Virus record (IMG/VR): IMGVR_UViG_3300020045_009119 | Coordinates: 1-36,605 of that record | Source of the DNA: a virus | Taxonomy: Duplodnaviria; Caudoviricetes | Strand: one strand, 5' to 3' | DNA length: 36,605 nucleotides | Part shown: positions 1 to 8,320 of the stretch, in pieces | How positions within the stretch are numbered: position 1 is the stretch's first letter | Layout of the letters: each line of letters starts with the position of its first letter | Notes under the pieces: model-generated | Database searches by the model: none | The model's input: the letters and a program-made list of their open reading frames with translations, nothing else | What the model was told of the DNA's origin: nothing | Position numbers and translations under genes: made by a program

Positions 1-95
1 GAGATTGGGAAGTATATAGTGAGGGCAAGGCAATCCGCCAGACCCCTAGCTTGATTCCACGACTGCATCGTATTGACCACGACTACATTCACGAC

Positions 96-353
96 ATGTC
101 GCCGCCAATTCCATCACTAGAGTATTTTTTATTAACTAGGACGCTAGCCAACTTTGAACCAGGCAACAATACGCTGCAGTCGATTGACCACCTGATGACG
201 GCAATTGAAACAGCTTCCCGCCATAAATCAGTTCATCCGATACAACGCGAAGTCGGCCAACTGGCCATCGAAGCCTTTGGGATTCAGCGGGTATTTTTAG
301 AAGAAGTGATAGGCAGTCCAACTAGAACTCATCACGCCAGGGCTACGCCATGA
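96..353 (+). CDS. hypothetical protein (start uncertain; ORF open from 51)
   Basis: ORF in track; stop TGA overlaps next ATG (ATGA 350-353), suggesting a coupled operon. Confidence 0.45.
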   Translation: MSPPIPSLEYFLLTRTLANFEPGNNTLQSIDHLMTAIETASRHKSVHPIQREVGQLAIEAFGIQRVFLEEVIGSPTRTHHARATP

Positions 354-457
354 GTAGGCAAGACAAAATAGCCCTCGCAATTATATGGATAGTCTCGGTT
401 GCCCTAACCGCAGTTTGTTTATGGCCAATTGTTCTGTTTTATCGGCTGTTGTTATGA
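350..457 (+). CDS. small hydrophobic membrane peptide, 35 aa
   Basis: Read manually: MSRQDKIALAIIWIVSVALTAVCLWPIVLFYRLLL; ATGA overlaps at both ends. Confidence 0.45.
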   Translation: MSRQDKIALAIIWIVSVALTAVCLWPIVLFYRLLL

Positions 458-636
458 CCTATCCTGAACGTATGAAAAATGACCCGTTACCTAATTGTCC
501 TGAGTTATTACAGGAACGCGAGGATATAGTCCTGCGCCTCGGCAGAGCCTCTGTACGGCTTTGTGAGGCAAATGATGAGTATATGGCCGTTATCAATGAA
601 TTACTACAAATTAACCAAAGAATTGAGGAGCGATAA
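454..636 (+). CDS. hypothetical coiled-coil protein
   Basis: 3' part of ORF 385..636; ATG 454 overlaps the upstream stop. Confidence 0.5.
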   Translation: MTYPERMKNDPLPNCPELLQEREDIVLRLGRASVRLCEANDEYMAVINELLQINQRIEER

Positions 637-637
637 T

Positions 638-979
638 ATGAGCATCGAAAACCCAGAAATGAAAATAACCTTTGACGACGCGGAGTTCTTGGCGACACCC
701 GATAATACAGTGCTGTTTAATTACATTGCCGTGCATGGGCTGTACAATCACATTTTCCTAACTCGTGAGATGCGCGGTGAGGTTCATGCAGGTACGTACA
801 TTTTTCAGTCAAGCGAGGCGTATGCTGAAATGGCCCAGTATATGCTTGAGAATGACTACCCTGCTCACGTCAATCTGCGTACTGTCGCCCAATGTGATAT
901 TGATGCCTTTGATAATATGATTGAAGCTAGTGGCCGATTTGAGGATTACGTCCCTGGTGAATGGCTAGACGAGGCATGA
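638..979 (+). CDS. hypothetical protein
   Basis: ATG 638 preceded by GAGGAG (625-630); globular-looking acidic sequence. Confidence 0.7.
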   Translation: MSIENPEMKITFDDAEFLATPDNTVLFNYIAVHGLYNHIFLTREMRGEVHAGTYIFQSSEAYAEMAQYMLENDYPAHVNLRTVAQCDIDAFDNMIEASGRFEDYVPGEWLDEA

Positions 980-1012
980 AAAACAGCCGCTCAGATAAGA
1001 AGATACGGCTGT
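979..1012 (-). terminator. intrinsic terminator between convergent genes
   Basis: ACAGCCG (983-989) / CGGCTGT (1006-1012) stem; T-tract on the - strand. Confidence 0.55.
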
Positions 1013-1014
1013 AA

Positions 1015-1569
1015 TCACGGCAACTCAAAAAAGTAAGAGATACTTGCCTGTACAGCCTCATCACGGGTATCAAAAGTACCTTGGTTAGTCCTTTTTTTAC
1101 CACAGTACGGTCTTGATGTCCATCGAAGGCCCTTTTTATTAGTAGTAGAATACACACCACTAGTGTTATGTTGGCTATAGTTTAATTGTGTTAATCGCGG
1201 CCTCTTATTTAGTGCTTGTTGTGATGCTGTGGCCCACCTTACGTTTCCGGGCTCATAGTTCCCGTCGTTGTTTATACGGTCTACGGAGTGTTTTGGGGTT
1301 GGCCGGGGACCAATGTGATTATAAAAGGCGTAGAAATCATGTCGCCACTCATCACAAATTGTTATACCTCGCCCCATATAATATTTGTAATGTGGGCTAT
1401 TTTGGTTGCAACATCTCTGTATTATAGCCTTCCAGGCAATATATTCTTCGGTTGTTACAATACTGTTTCCATAAGGAATACGCCATAATTGATAATAGTG
1501 TTTGCTACACATACCTCTTCGTAGGTATTTAACTTTATTATCACACTCGGTTACGTTACACTGGTTCAT
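1015..1569 (-). CDS. free-standing HNH homing endonuclease with N-terminal Cys/His knuckle and C-terminal AP2-like domain
   Basis: C..C..CSKHY; YMGRGITICDEW; HSVDRINNDGNYEPGNVRWAT..QQALN; NTSGVY...GTFDTRDEA; GGAG upstream of ATG. Confidence 0.85.
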   Translation of the reverse strand: MNQCNVTECDNKVKYLRRGMCSKHYYQLWRIPYGNSIVTTEEYIAWKAIIQRCCNQNSPHYKYYMGRGITICDEWRHDFYAFYNHIGPRPTPKHSVDRINNDGNYEPGNVRWATASQQALNKRPRLTQLNYSQHNTSGVYSTTNKKGLRWTSRPYCGKKRTNQGTFDTRDEAVQASISYFFELP

Positions 1570-1922
1570 GGTAGTCTCCTTATTCGCTTTAGTCGGTGGT
1601 AAGGTGGCTACTTTTTTATAGCCAATCTTATTGCTAGTATACCAGAAATAGCTCCTTTATTGGAGCTATTAAACTGGGCCTACCAATAGACATGTCGCAA
1701 GTAGTGCCGAGGTAATATAACCCATGTTAGACTCAGACAAATTAAAATCTACCACTTAATGTTCCCTCGACACTCGGTTATCATCGCGATAACTCTTGCT
1801 CGGTTCGTGTCTTTTTTACCTACTTTACGACCGTAGGGTGCTCCATCGAGACGTGTCTCATGATGGATAGATACATAATACTCTTTTTTTGAGATAAGTA
1901 AAGCGAGAATTATCACATATAG

Positions 1923-2168
1923 CTAATTATGTTTTTTTCGTAGGTTGTAATCGAGCATAATCTTAGCGCGGGAGTCAGCAGCTGCTTGTTTCCAGCCCCG
2001 TTTAATAGTTTCTTTGGTCCATTTGTCGGCGATTGCGAGTTCATCGGCTATAGGAGTTTCAATTGGCCTGGTAGCAAAGGTGCATCGGATGGAGCAGGTA
2101 TCACATCGTTTTTCGTAGTCGTCATCAGTCGTGTATTCCTCTTTACAGTCAAGGCAGGTTCGTATCAT
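1923..2168 (-). CDS. small zinc-ribbon protein
   Basis: CLDC...CDTC motifs; purine-rich leader. Confidence 0.65.
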   Translation of the reverse strand: MIRTCLDCKEEYTTDDDYEKRCDTCSIRCTFATRPIETPIADELAIADKWTKETIKRGWKQAAADSRAKIMLDYNLRKKHN

Positions 2169-2457
2169 GTTGGTAGGCTTCTTTCTTTTTGTTTGGTGTT
2201 TGCTTAGGTTTGTATTTATAGTGTACCACTAGACCCCCTTTTCCTTGCTAGAGGAGATTGGAAGTAGTGAACCTTTTACAGTAGTTACTGAGACCGTTTA
2301 GCTTTCTAACTGACTAGGTGTAACTGTACCGAACTGCTTGTGAACACCGCATAGACCAGGTTGACGTTGAGGGGGTGATAAATCAGTGCCTGGGTTTAGC
2401 GCTACTCGCAAGTTCTTATGGAGTTTTGTCTGACTCCGAACAGGTTTGTAAAAGTAT

Positions 2458-2486
2458 TTGCACAAAAGCTTTAGTAGGTGTATAAT
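2458..2486 (+). promoter_or_regulatory. sigma70-type promoter
   Basis: TTGCAC-17nt-TATAAT; no ORF directly downstream. Confidence 0.7.
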
Positions 2487-2612
2487 TTAGGTATTAGCAA
2501 TAAGCGAACCCTCGAGAAATCGGGGGAACCTTTATTTCAGGACCCTTTTGACAGCTAGTTTTTGTACCCCTATTCATATGTTTATTTTAGCAATAAGCGA
2601 ATAGTTGCTTGT

Positions 2613-2641
2613 ATCATAGTCCTTATTTCCGCTTACGTCAA
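2613..2641 (-). promoter_or_regulatory. sigma70-type promoter, convergent with the 2458-2486 promoter
   Basis: TTGACG-17nt-TATGAT on the - strand. Confidence 0.7.
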
Positions 2642-2653
2642 CAGTCTTCTGGC

Positions 2654-2685
2654 AACAAAAATCACCGCCTGTGTTTAGACGGTGG
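2654..2685 (-). terminator. probable intrinsic terminator
   Basis: CACCGTCT-loop-AGGCGGTG followed by ATTTTTGTT on the - strand. Confidence 0.45.
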
Positions 2686-2932
2686 ATAACTTGGGGAGTC
2701 TGTCTGTGGGCTTGTTTGTGTGAACGTTCATACAATAGATAATCAGAAGTGTAAAATACAATTACGTTTGCGAGTTGTTTGTGTTTACAAGGTGCGACTT
2801 CCCCTAGCGACTCCCGTGGTAGGCTGGTATATTCATATATATACAGTAAAGCTTACGTTTATACAATAGCTTTGTTAATTAACTTCGTGATACACTAGTG
2901 GCAACACCGTAACACAAAATGGAGAAACAAAA

Positions 2933-3412
2933 ATGAGCATCAAATCCGACACTGAAGCTGAAATGCGACGCAACCCAATTAACCGCGAAAAGTACGTTCG
3001 GGATAAGCTCAGATACAACTCCAAAGCAAAAGCAGTTCGCATTCAGAAGCCCTACCTAAGTCCTCAAAATGCCGGAGTGGTTGCGCGTAAGCTTGACGAA
3101 GAACCCGTCGTACAGCGCCTCTCACAGGGTATTGAACAGGCAATGATAGACCTTAACGCCAAGCGCCTGCTGAAGATTAACTACCACATGGACTCTGATG
3201 ATGAAAAAGTCTCCCTCGACGCTGCCAAAGAAGCGGGCAAAACCATTAACCATTACATGGACCGAACCCTTGGAAAAGCCAAGCAGTCGATTGAAGTCAA
3301 ATCTACCAAGCTAATTATCAGTTTGAATATGGCAGACGAAGCAATGACCATAGCCCCTGAAGTAATTGATTACAAAGAAGAAGTCCTGCTTGAAGCCGAG
3401 GCTGACCAGTAA
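2933..3412 (+). CDS. terS: probable terminase small subunit
   Basis: Directly upstream of and coupled (TAATG) to the large terminase; helical, DRTLGKAKQSIEV-type C-terminus; GGAG RBS. Confidence 0.65.
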   Translation: MSIKSDTEAEMRRNPINREKYVRDKLRYNSKAKAVRIQKPYLSPQNAGVVARKLDEEPVVQRLSQGIEQAMIDLNAKRLLKINYHMDSDDEKVSLDAAKEAGKTINHYMDRTLGKAKQSIEVKSTKLIISLNMADEAMTIAPEVIDYKEEVLLEAEADQ

Positions 3413-5637
3413 TGGCAACGATTCCAAAGCCACACCCTAAACAGCTCGATGTGATTAACTCCCACCAGCGCTACAAAGTGTTGGTATGGGCCCGAAGATG
3501 TTTTACTGGGGACACTCTCATCTCATTAGCAGACGGTACGCAGCTCCCAATCTCGGAAGTAAAAAAAGGAATGATGGTTTATACTCTCAATGAGGATGGT
3601 CGCCAGCTAGAGCCTAAAGAAGTCCTCCAAACCTACCATTATGGTATAGACACAGAGCCTAAAGCTATGCTAAAGTTGGTGGTGAATGGAAAGGAATTAA
3701 CATCAACATATGACCACGAATACTACTCAGACGGACAATGGATTCCCGCTTATCAGCTTGCCTGGCGAGCGCTGGCTCCCAGCCAAAGACAAAAACTCCA
3801 ACTACTTTGTGAGCAATATGGGGAGGCTCTTGACGACATCTCACTACGGAGGATTCAAGACAGCAGTGATGAAACCATCACTCGACGGTTCTGGGTACTT
3901 GCGAACAATGGTCAGTGGCCACACGATAAAGATGCACAGGTTAGTAGCCCAGACTTGGGTACAGAATCCACTCGGGAAACCACAAGTCAACCACATCAAC
4001 AACATCAGGACGGACAACCGAATCGAGAACCTGGAATGGGTAACAAAAGCGGAGAACCTACAGCACATGATGAATCAGGGGAGACAGACACGGAACGATG
4101 GGGAGAAATGTGGAACCCACGTTCTAAAAGAGCCACAGGTGATAGAGATTCTTCAGTTTCAGCGGGAACACCCAGAGATAAACAATCTAGCGATGTCGAT
4201 ACTATTAGCCGACAAATATCCGCTCAAATCGGAGTCGATACGCCATATTTTGAAAGGAAAAACTTGGAAGTATCTTCGGCTGAGGTACTCGAATGTCAAG
4301 ACTCCTACGACCTCCACGTTGAAGACAACCACAACTACATAGCCAACGGAATCCTGGTTCACAATACAGGCAAGTCCACGCTGGCTGGACTGTACACTTT
4401 GACTAAAGCCCTTGAACACCAAGGAAACTATTACATTGTGGCTCCAACCGAACGTCAGGCAAAGTCGATTTACTGGAACGACATCCTCCAGTTAGTTATT
4501 CCAAAAGAACTGATTGCCAAGGTCAACAATGTGGAAAAGACGATTACCTTCCACCACATTAAAGGCGACATTACGCTCCCTAATGGAACAGTGATTCACG
4601 TTGACCACGACGAGAACAAACCACCCAGCACGATTTCCCTTCGAGGTGTGGATAACCCAGACGCCCTCCGTGGAGTGAAGTTGGCTGGCTGTGTGCTTGA
4701 TGAGTACGCCTTTATGGAGAATGCAAAGTATGTGTTTGATGCAATTATCTCTCCGGCACTGGCTGACCAAGAGGGCTGGGCAATCTTTATTAGTACGCCA
4801 AACGGTATACATAACCCCTTCTACGACCTCGCAAAGACTGCCAAAAAAGAGGGGAATGACTACTTCTACTCTCATGCCACGGCCCTGGATAACCCGTACT
4901 TCCCATCGCGTGAGTTTGAACGTCAAAAAGCTCGCTACATAGAAGAAGGAAAACTTGATGCCTTTGTCCAGGAGTGGCAAGCTGAGTTTAAGACTCCTTC
5001 AAGGTTAGTTTACCGTTCTTTTGACGAGGACATCCACGTCGTTAAATCGAGTGAAGTCCCCAAAGAAGGAACCTACGCTATGGGGATTGACTTCGGTTGG
5101 GTTGACCCGTTTGCCGTTATCTTTGTCTTGATTGACTTTGACCAAAACTGGTGGATATATGACGAGATTTACCTATCTGAACTCACCACCGACAAAGCCC
5201 TCCGAATTATGCAGGATAAAATTGGCGACAAACACATCTCTCGTATTATTGGTGACGCTCAGGGTAAGACAGACATTGCTAACTTCAAAGAGAAAAAGTT
5301 CTACATTACGCCATCTCGTAAGGGCGACGGGTCACTGAAATCCGGTATCCGAGAAGTTGCCTCCTTCCTCGAACTGCGTGAAGTAAGAGAAAACGGCAAG
5401 CTCGTCCAAAAACCAAAGCTCCACGTCACCAGCAACTGTACTAGCTGGATTAAAGAGGCCGAGTCCTACTCCCATAGAATTGACGCTTACGGTGAACCAA
5501 CGGAGACACCAGAGGACAAGAATAATCACCTTATGGACGCCACCCGCTACCTGATTACCGATTACACCCAATCACGCAAGCCGATTGAACGGAAGAAGAA
5601 AAGCTATGACAGTCGGACGGGAAGACTCCTTAGTTAA
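3412..5637 (+). CDS. terL: terminase large subunit, intein-containing precursor (about 452 aa after splicing)
   Basis: Walker A ARR|TGKST restored on intein removal; LRG..L..CVLDEYA Walker B; ISTP motif; GIDFG..DP and NNHLMDATRY nuclease motifs. Confidence 0.95.
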   Translation: MATIPKPHPKQLDVINSHQRYKVLVWARRCFTGDTLISLADGTQLPISEVKKGMMVYTLNEDGRQLEPKEVLQTYHYGIDTEPKAMLKLVVNGKELTSTYDHEYYSDGQWIPAYQLAWRALAPSQRQKLQLLCEQYGEALDDISLRRIQDSSDETITRRFWVLANNGQWPHDKDAQVSSPDLGTESTRETTSQPHQQHQDGQPNREPGMGNKSGEPTAHDESGETDTERWGEMWNPRSKRATGDRDSSVSAGTPRDKQSSDVDTISRQISAQIGVDTPYFERKNLEVSSAEVLECQDSYDLHVEDNHNYIANGILVHNTGKSTLAGLYTLTKALEHQGNYYIVAPTERQAKSIYWNDILQLVIPKELIAKVNNVEKTITFHHIKGDITLPNGTVIHVDHDENKPPSTISLRGVDNPDALRGVKLAGCVLDEYAFMENAKYVFDAIISPALADQEGWAIFISTPNGIHNPFYDLAKTAKKEGNDYFYSHATALDNPYFPSREFERQKARYIEEGKLDAFVQEWQAEFKTPSRLVYRSFDEDIHVVKSSEVPKEGTYAMGIDFGWVDPFAVIFVLIDFDQNWWIYDEIYLSELTTDKALRIMQDKIGDKHISRIIGDAQGKTDIANFKEKKFYITPSRKGDGSLKSGIREVASFLELREVRENGKLVQKPKLHVTSNCTSWIKEAESYSHRIDAYGEPTETPEDKNNHLMDATRYLITDYTQSRKPIERKKKSYDSRTGRLLS
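3499..4365 (+). mobile_element. intein (289 aa) in the TerL Walker A motif
   Basis: Block A CFTGDTLI; block B TYDHEYY; blocks F/G SYDLHVEDNHNYIANGILVHN; +1 residue Thr. Confidence 0.95.
3710..4342 (+). CDS. NUMOD4-HNH homing endonuclease overprinted in the +1 frame inside the intein
   Basis: ERW...YFVSNMGR (NUMOD4); HRLVAQTW..NP...QVNHINNIRTDNRIENLEWVTKAENLQH (HNH); C-terminal HTH-like segment ending KGKTWKY; own ATG and TAG; AAGGA at 3691-3695. Confidence 0.9.
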   Translation: MTTNTTQTDNGFPLISLPGERWLPAKDKNSNYFVSNMGRLLTTSHYGGFKTAVMKPSLDGSGYLRTMVSGHTIKMHRLVAQTWVQNPLGKPQVNHINNIRTDNRIENLEWVTKAENLQHMMNQGRQTRNDGEKCGTHVLKEPQVIEILQFQREHPEINNLAMSILLADKYPLKSESIRHILKGKTWKYLRLRYSNVKTPTTSTLKTTTTT

Positions 5638-5697
5638 GCCACTACCGCCAATTTGTCAACTGCTGTACACTAAAAGAAAAAGGAGCTAACACAAATA

Positions 5698-5970
5698 ATG
5701 GAATATTTCAAAACCTTCGACCTACCTAGAGCCGCCTTCCTTGTTGTTAAGGGCTTCAAATGCCTCGGTTCTATTCCTGACCCCGACGACAAAAAGGGCT
5801 ATCGCAGACTGTTTGTTTTGGAGTATGCTAAGAGTGATGAATATCGCTTCCTTGAGTTTGAGGACGATTACCTAAACGGCCGTGATACGGTTAGTGCAAT
5901 ATCTTTCTACCGGGCACAAAAAACATTGAAACACTACATCACCGACTTAACAAAGGAGCAACAGGCATAA
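5698..5970 (+). CDS. small phage protein, DUF5659-like
   Basis: FKTFDL..AAFL..KGF...F....K.LK pattern recalled from this family; AGGAG RBS. Confidence 0.6.
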   Translation: MEYFKTFDLPRAAFLVVKGFKCLGSIPDPDDKKGYRRLFVLEYAKSDEYRFLEFEDDYLNGRDTVSAISFYRAQKTLKHYITDLTKEQQA

Positions 5971-7985
5971 TGTCAAACAAAAAACAAAAAGCACGAGAAC
6001 AACGAGAACAGGACGAAAAGCAGGCACTCATCTGGGCAAAGCGTCACCAGACCGCTGAAACCGAGCAGGCTAAATTATTTGAGAAGTTCAAAGACTTTTT
6101 TGATGTCATGTACGCGGTTCGCTCGTATAAGAACGTTGCTCCCTGGAGAAGTAAGATTTATATCCCAATCCTGGCAGGTAAAGCCTGGGACTTCATTGCG
6201 AAGATTGCCGACATCGAACCTCGCTTTGTGGTTACGATTCGGGACGAATGGGTAGTTGGCGAAGACGGCAAGCCAATGTTCCCTCAAGAAGTCAATGACC
6301 GAGCAGAGAAGATTTCTAAGAAACTCGACTTTGATTACAAGAACCCCCTGCAAGACGAAAGCCCCCGCGATAAAGTCTACTCAACGCTGGTTGATGTTGT
6401 AGTTACAGGCTCAGGCTTTGTCGAAGTAACCCGTGAAGTTCAAGAGAACCAATACAAGGCGCACGAAGCGATGGGTGAAGCAGGCAACGTCAACACCGAT
6501 GAAGAAATCATTGAGACGATTACCGAAGGCAGTAACGGTATACAGCCAGATTCTGTCTTTAACTGGAAGTTTGCCCCAGCCTCAAATAGCGTTCAATCTG
6601 CTCCGTGGATTATCCATGATGGACTTGAAACCCTTGACGAATTGAAGCAGTGTGACGAGTACGACCAAGACAAACTTGATACGATTGACGATGACTTCCA
6701 AACTGACTCTGACCCAATGGCGCAGTACTCGGTCTCTCGTAACCGCTTAGTCCAGACGGAAGATTCAGTCGCGGCTGACACATCGGTCAAGTTCTTAAAA
6801 ACGCACAAGACCTTCCACCGCGACGAAGACGGTAAAGTGGTCATCCAAAAATGGGTTGAAGGTGGCACGGATAACAGCGAAGAAGGTGGCTGGATTTGTA
6901 TCTACAAAGCCGTTGACCCTTTCTGGCACAACAAATACCCTGTTCAGGGCTTTTACATCCGTCGCAAACCCTACTCTGTCTGGGGTGAGAGCTTGTTTGA
7001 AAACAACGAAAGCTTGCAGTATGCCAGTAACGATGTCTTTAACCACTACATGGACAACCTGAACCTATCACTTGACGGCATGATTATGATGGACGAGAAC
7101 GCCTACGTGGAAGACTTTGTAGTCGGACCAGGTGAAGTGTTAATTTACAAGAATGAAATGCCAAAGCAGTTTAAGTTTACCGAACCAAACCCAGGCCAAC
7201 TCTCGATGGTGATGCAAACGATGCAAGAAGGGGTTGAAAACGCCACCGTGTCGAGCTACGCCTCAGGTAATGCCAACTCTGAATCTGATAAGACTCAGGG
7301 AACCGCCACTGGTGTAACCAAGATAATGGAAGCAGCTCAGGACAAACTTGGCTTCATGCGTACCAACTTCAAGAACTCGATGGAAGGCATTGGACAGATG
7401 TGGGTCTTAAACGACCAGCAGTTCATGGACCGCCAAGTCACGATTCCAATGAATACGCCTGATGGTGTCGTCCCAAGTGTGATTACTCCTCTTGATATGC
7501 AGGGAATCCTAACGATTACGATTGATGACGACTCAATGAGTCCCGTTAGCAAGTCTGGTTTACGCGAAATGAACAAAGAGTACCGGATGGAAATGCAGGC
7601 ACTCGCCACCGCTGCTGCCAACCAAGCTCAGTTAATGGGAACCCCAGAAGACATGGTACGCCTTGATTACCGCAACTTAATGCGTGATGCCTCATCTGAC
7701 TACAGCAAACGAAGCTATAGTCAGTACATTCTACCGAACCCTGAACCAAAACCTACCGAAGCTCCCGTTGACCCACCTTCAAAGAGCCTCAACTACAAGG
7801 ATGCCCCAGAAGACGTTAAGCGCCAGATGGAACAAGAAGCAGGCTACCAACCAAGCGAAGAAGTATCCCCTCAAGGTATTAAAGACTCTCAAAACCAGAC
7901 CAAGATGAACGACCAACAAGCCATGGACATGCACACTGTTGCCCAGTCACAACCTAAAATGATAAAAGAAGGAGCAATTCAATGA
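5970..7985 (+). CDS. portal protein (P22/podovirus-like)
   Basis: Size and position after terL; WRSKIYIP, VWGES and TATG motifs typical of such portals. Confidence 0.85.
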   Translation: MSNKKQKAREQREQDEKQALIWAKRHQTAETEQAKLFEKFKDFFDVMYAVRSYKNVAPWRSKIYIPILAGKAWDFIAKIADIEPRFVVTIRDEWVVGEDGKPMFPQEVNDRAEKISKKLDFDYKNPLQDESPRDKVYSTLVDVVVTGSGFVEVTREVQENQYKAHEAMGEAGNVNTDEEIIETITEGSNGIQPDSVFNWKFAPASNSVQSAPWIIHDGLETLDELKQCDEYDQDKLDTIDDDFQTDSDPMAQYSVSRNRLVQTEDSVAADTSVKFLKTHKTFHRDEDGKVVIQKWVEGGTDNSEEGGWICIYKAVDPFWHNKYPVQGFYIRRKPYSVWGESLFENNESLQYASNDVFNHYMDNLNLSLDGMIMMDENAYVEDFVVGPGEVLIYKNEMPKQFKFTEPNPGQLSMVMQTMQEGVENATVSSYASGNANSESDKTQGTATGVTKIMEAAQDKLGFMRTNFKNSMEGIGQMWVLNDQQFMDRQVTIPMNTPDGVVPSVITPLDMQGILTITIDDDSMSPVSKSGLREMNKEYRMEMQALATAAANQAQLMGTPEDMVRLDYRNLMRDASSDYSKRSYSQYILPNPEPKPTEAPVDPPSKSLNYKDAPEDVKRQMEQEAGYQPSEEVSPQGIKDSQNQTKMNDQQAMDMHTVAQSQPKMIKEGAIQ

Positions 7986-8320
7986 ACGACGTAGATGTAT
8001 GGAAAGCCAAAGTTGCCAAAGCTGCACTAGTTGAAGATTTCCAAGCCACCGGTATGGGTAAGACTATTGTCCAGTGGCTGAACGTGGAGGTGTCCCGATT
8101 AACTAATATCCTCGTCGATGATGACGAACTCGACACCAACGAAGTCAAGCGAGCCTTGATTAAAGGTGAACTCAAAGCCTACCGTTTAATCGGCAAGCAA
8201 ATGAACATTGCGAAACTTCAGGGTAAACAAGCCAAAGCAACCCTAGAGGCCAACGACATTCCAGAAGACGAAGTTGACCCCCGTTCACCAGAGGAAATTG
8301 CAAAAAATGCAGGACTCTAA
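7982..8320 (+). CDS. small head-module protein following the portal
   Basis: ATGA-coupled to portal; AAGGAG RBS; helical. Confidence 0.7.
   Translation: MNDVDVWKAKVAKAALVEDFQATGMGKTIVQWLNVEVSRLTNILVDDDELDTNEVKRALIKGELKAYRLIGKQMNIAKLQGKQAKATLEANDIPEDEVDPRSPEEIAKNAGL

Noticed and set aside
1-50. Similarity of the window start to 2228-2270 (GAGATTGG.AAGTA, AGACCCC) as an att site or terminal repeat
   Set aside because: Matches are short, gapped and not collinear, and there is no match to the window end.
1015-1569. IscB/HEARO-type RNA-guided nuclease or group I intron ORF
   Set aside because: No PLMP or RuvC motifs, no group I core recognised and no interrupted host gene.
3844-4980. Minus-strand ORFs within terL and similar antisense ORFs across the structural genes
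   Set aside because: No motifs or RBS; consistent with shadow ORFs from codon bias, unlike the 3710-4342 ORF.
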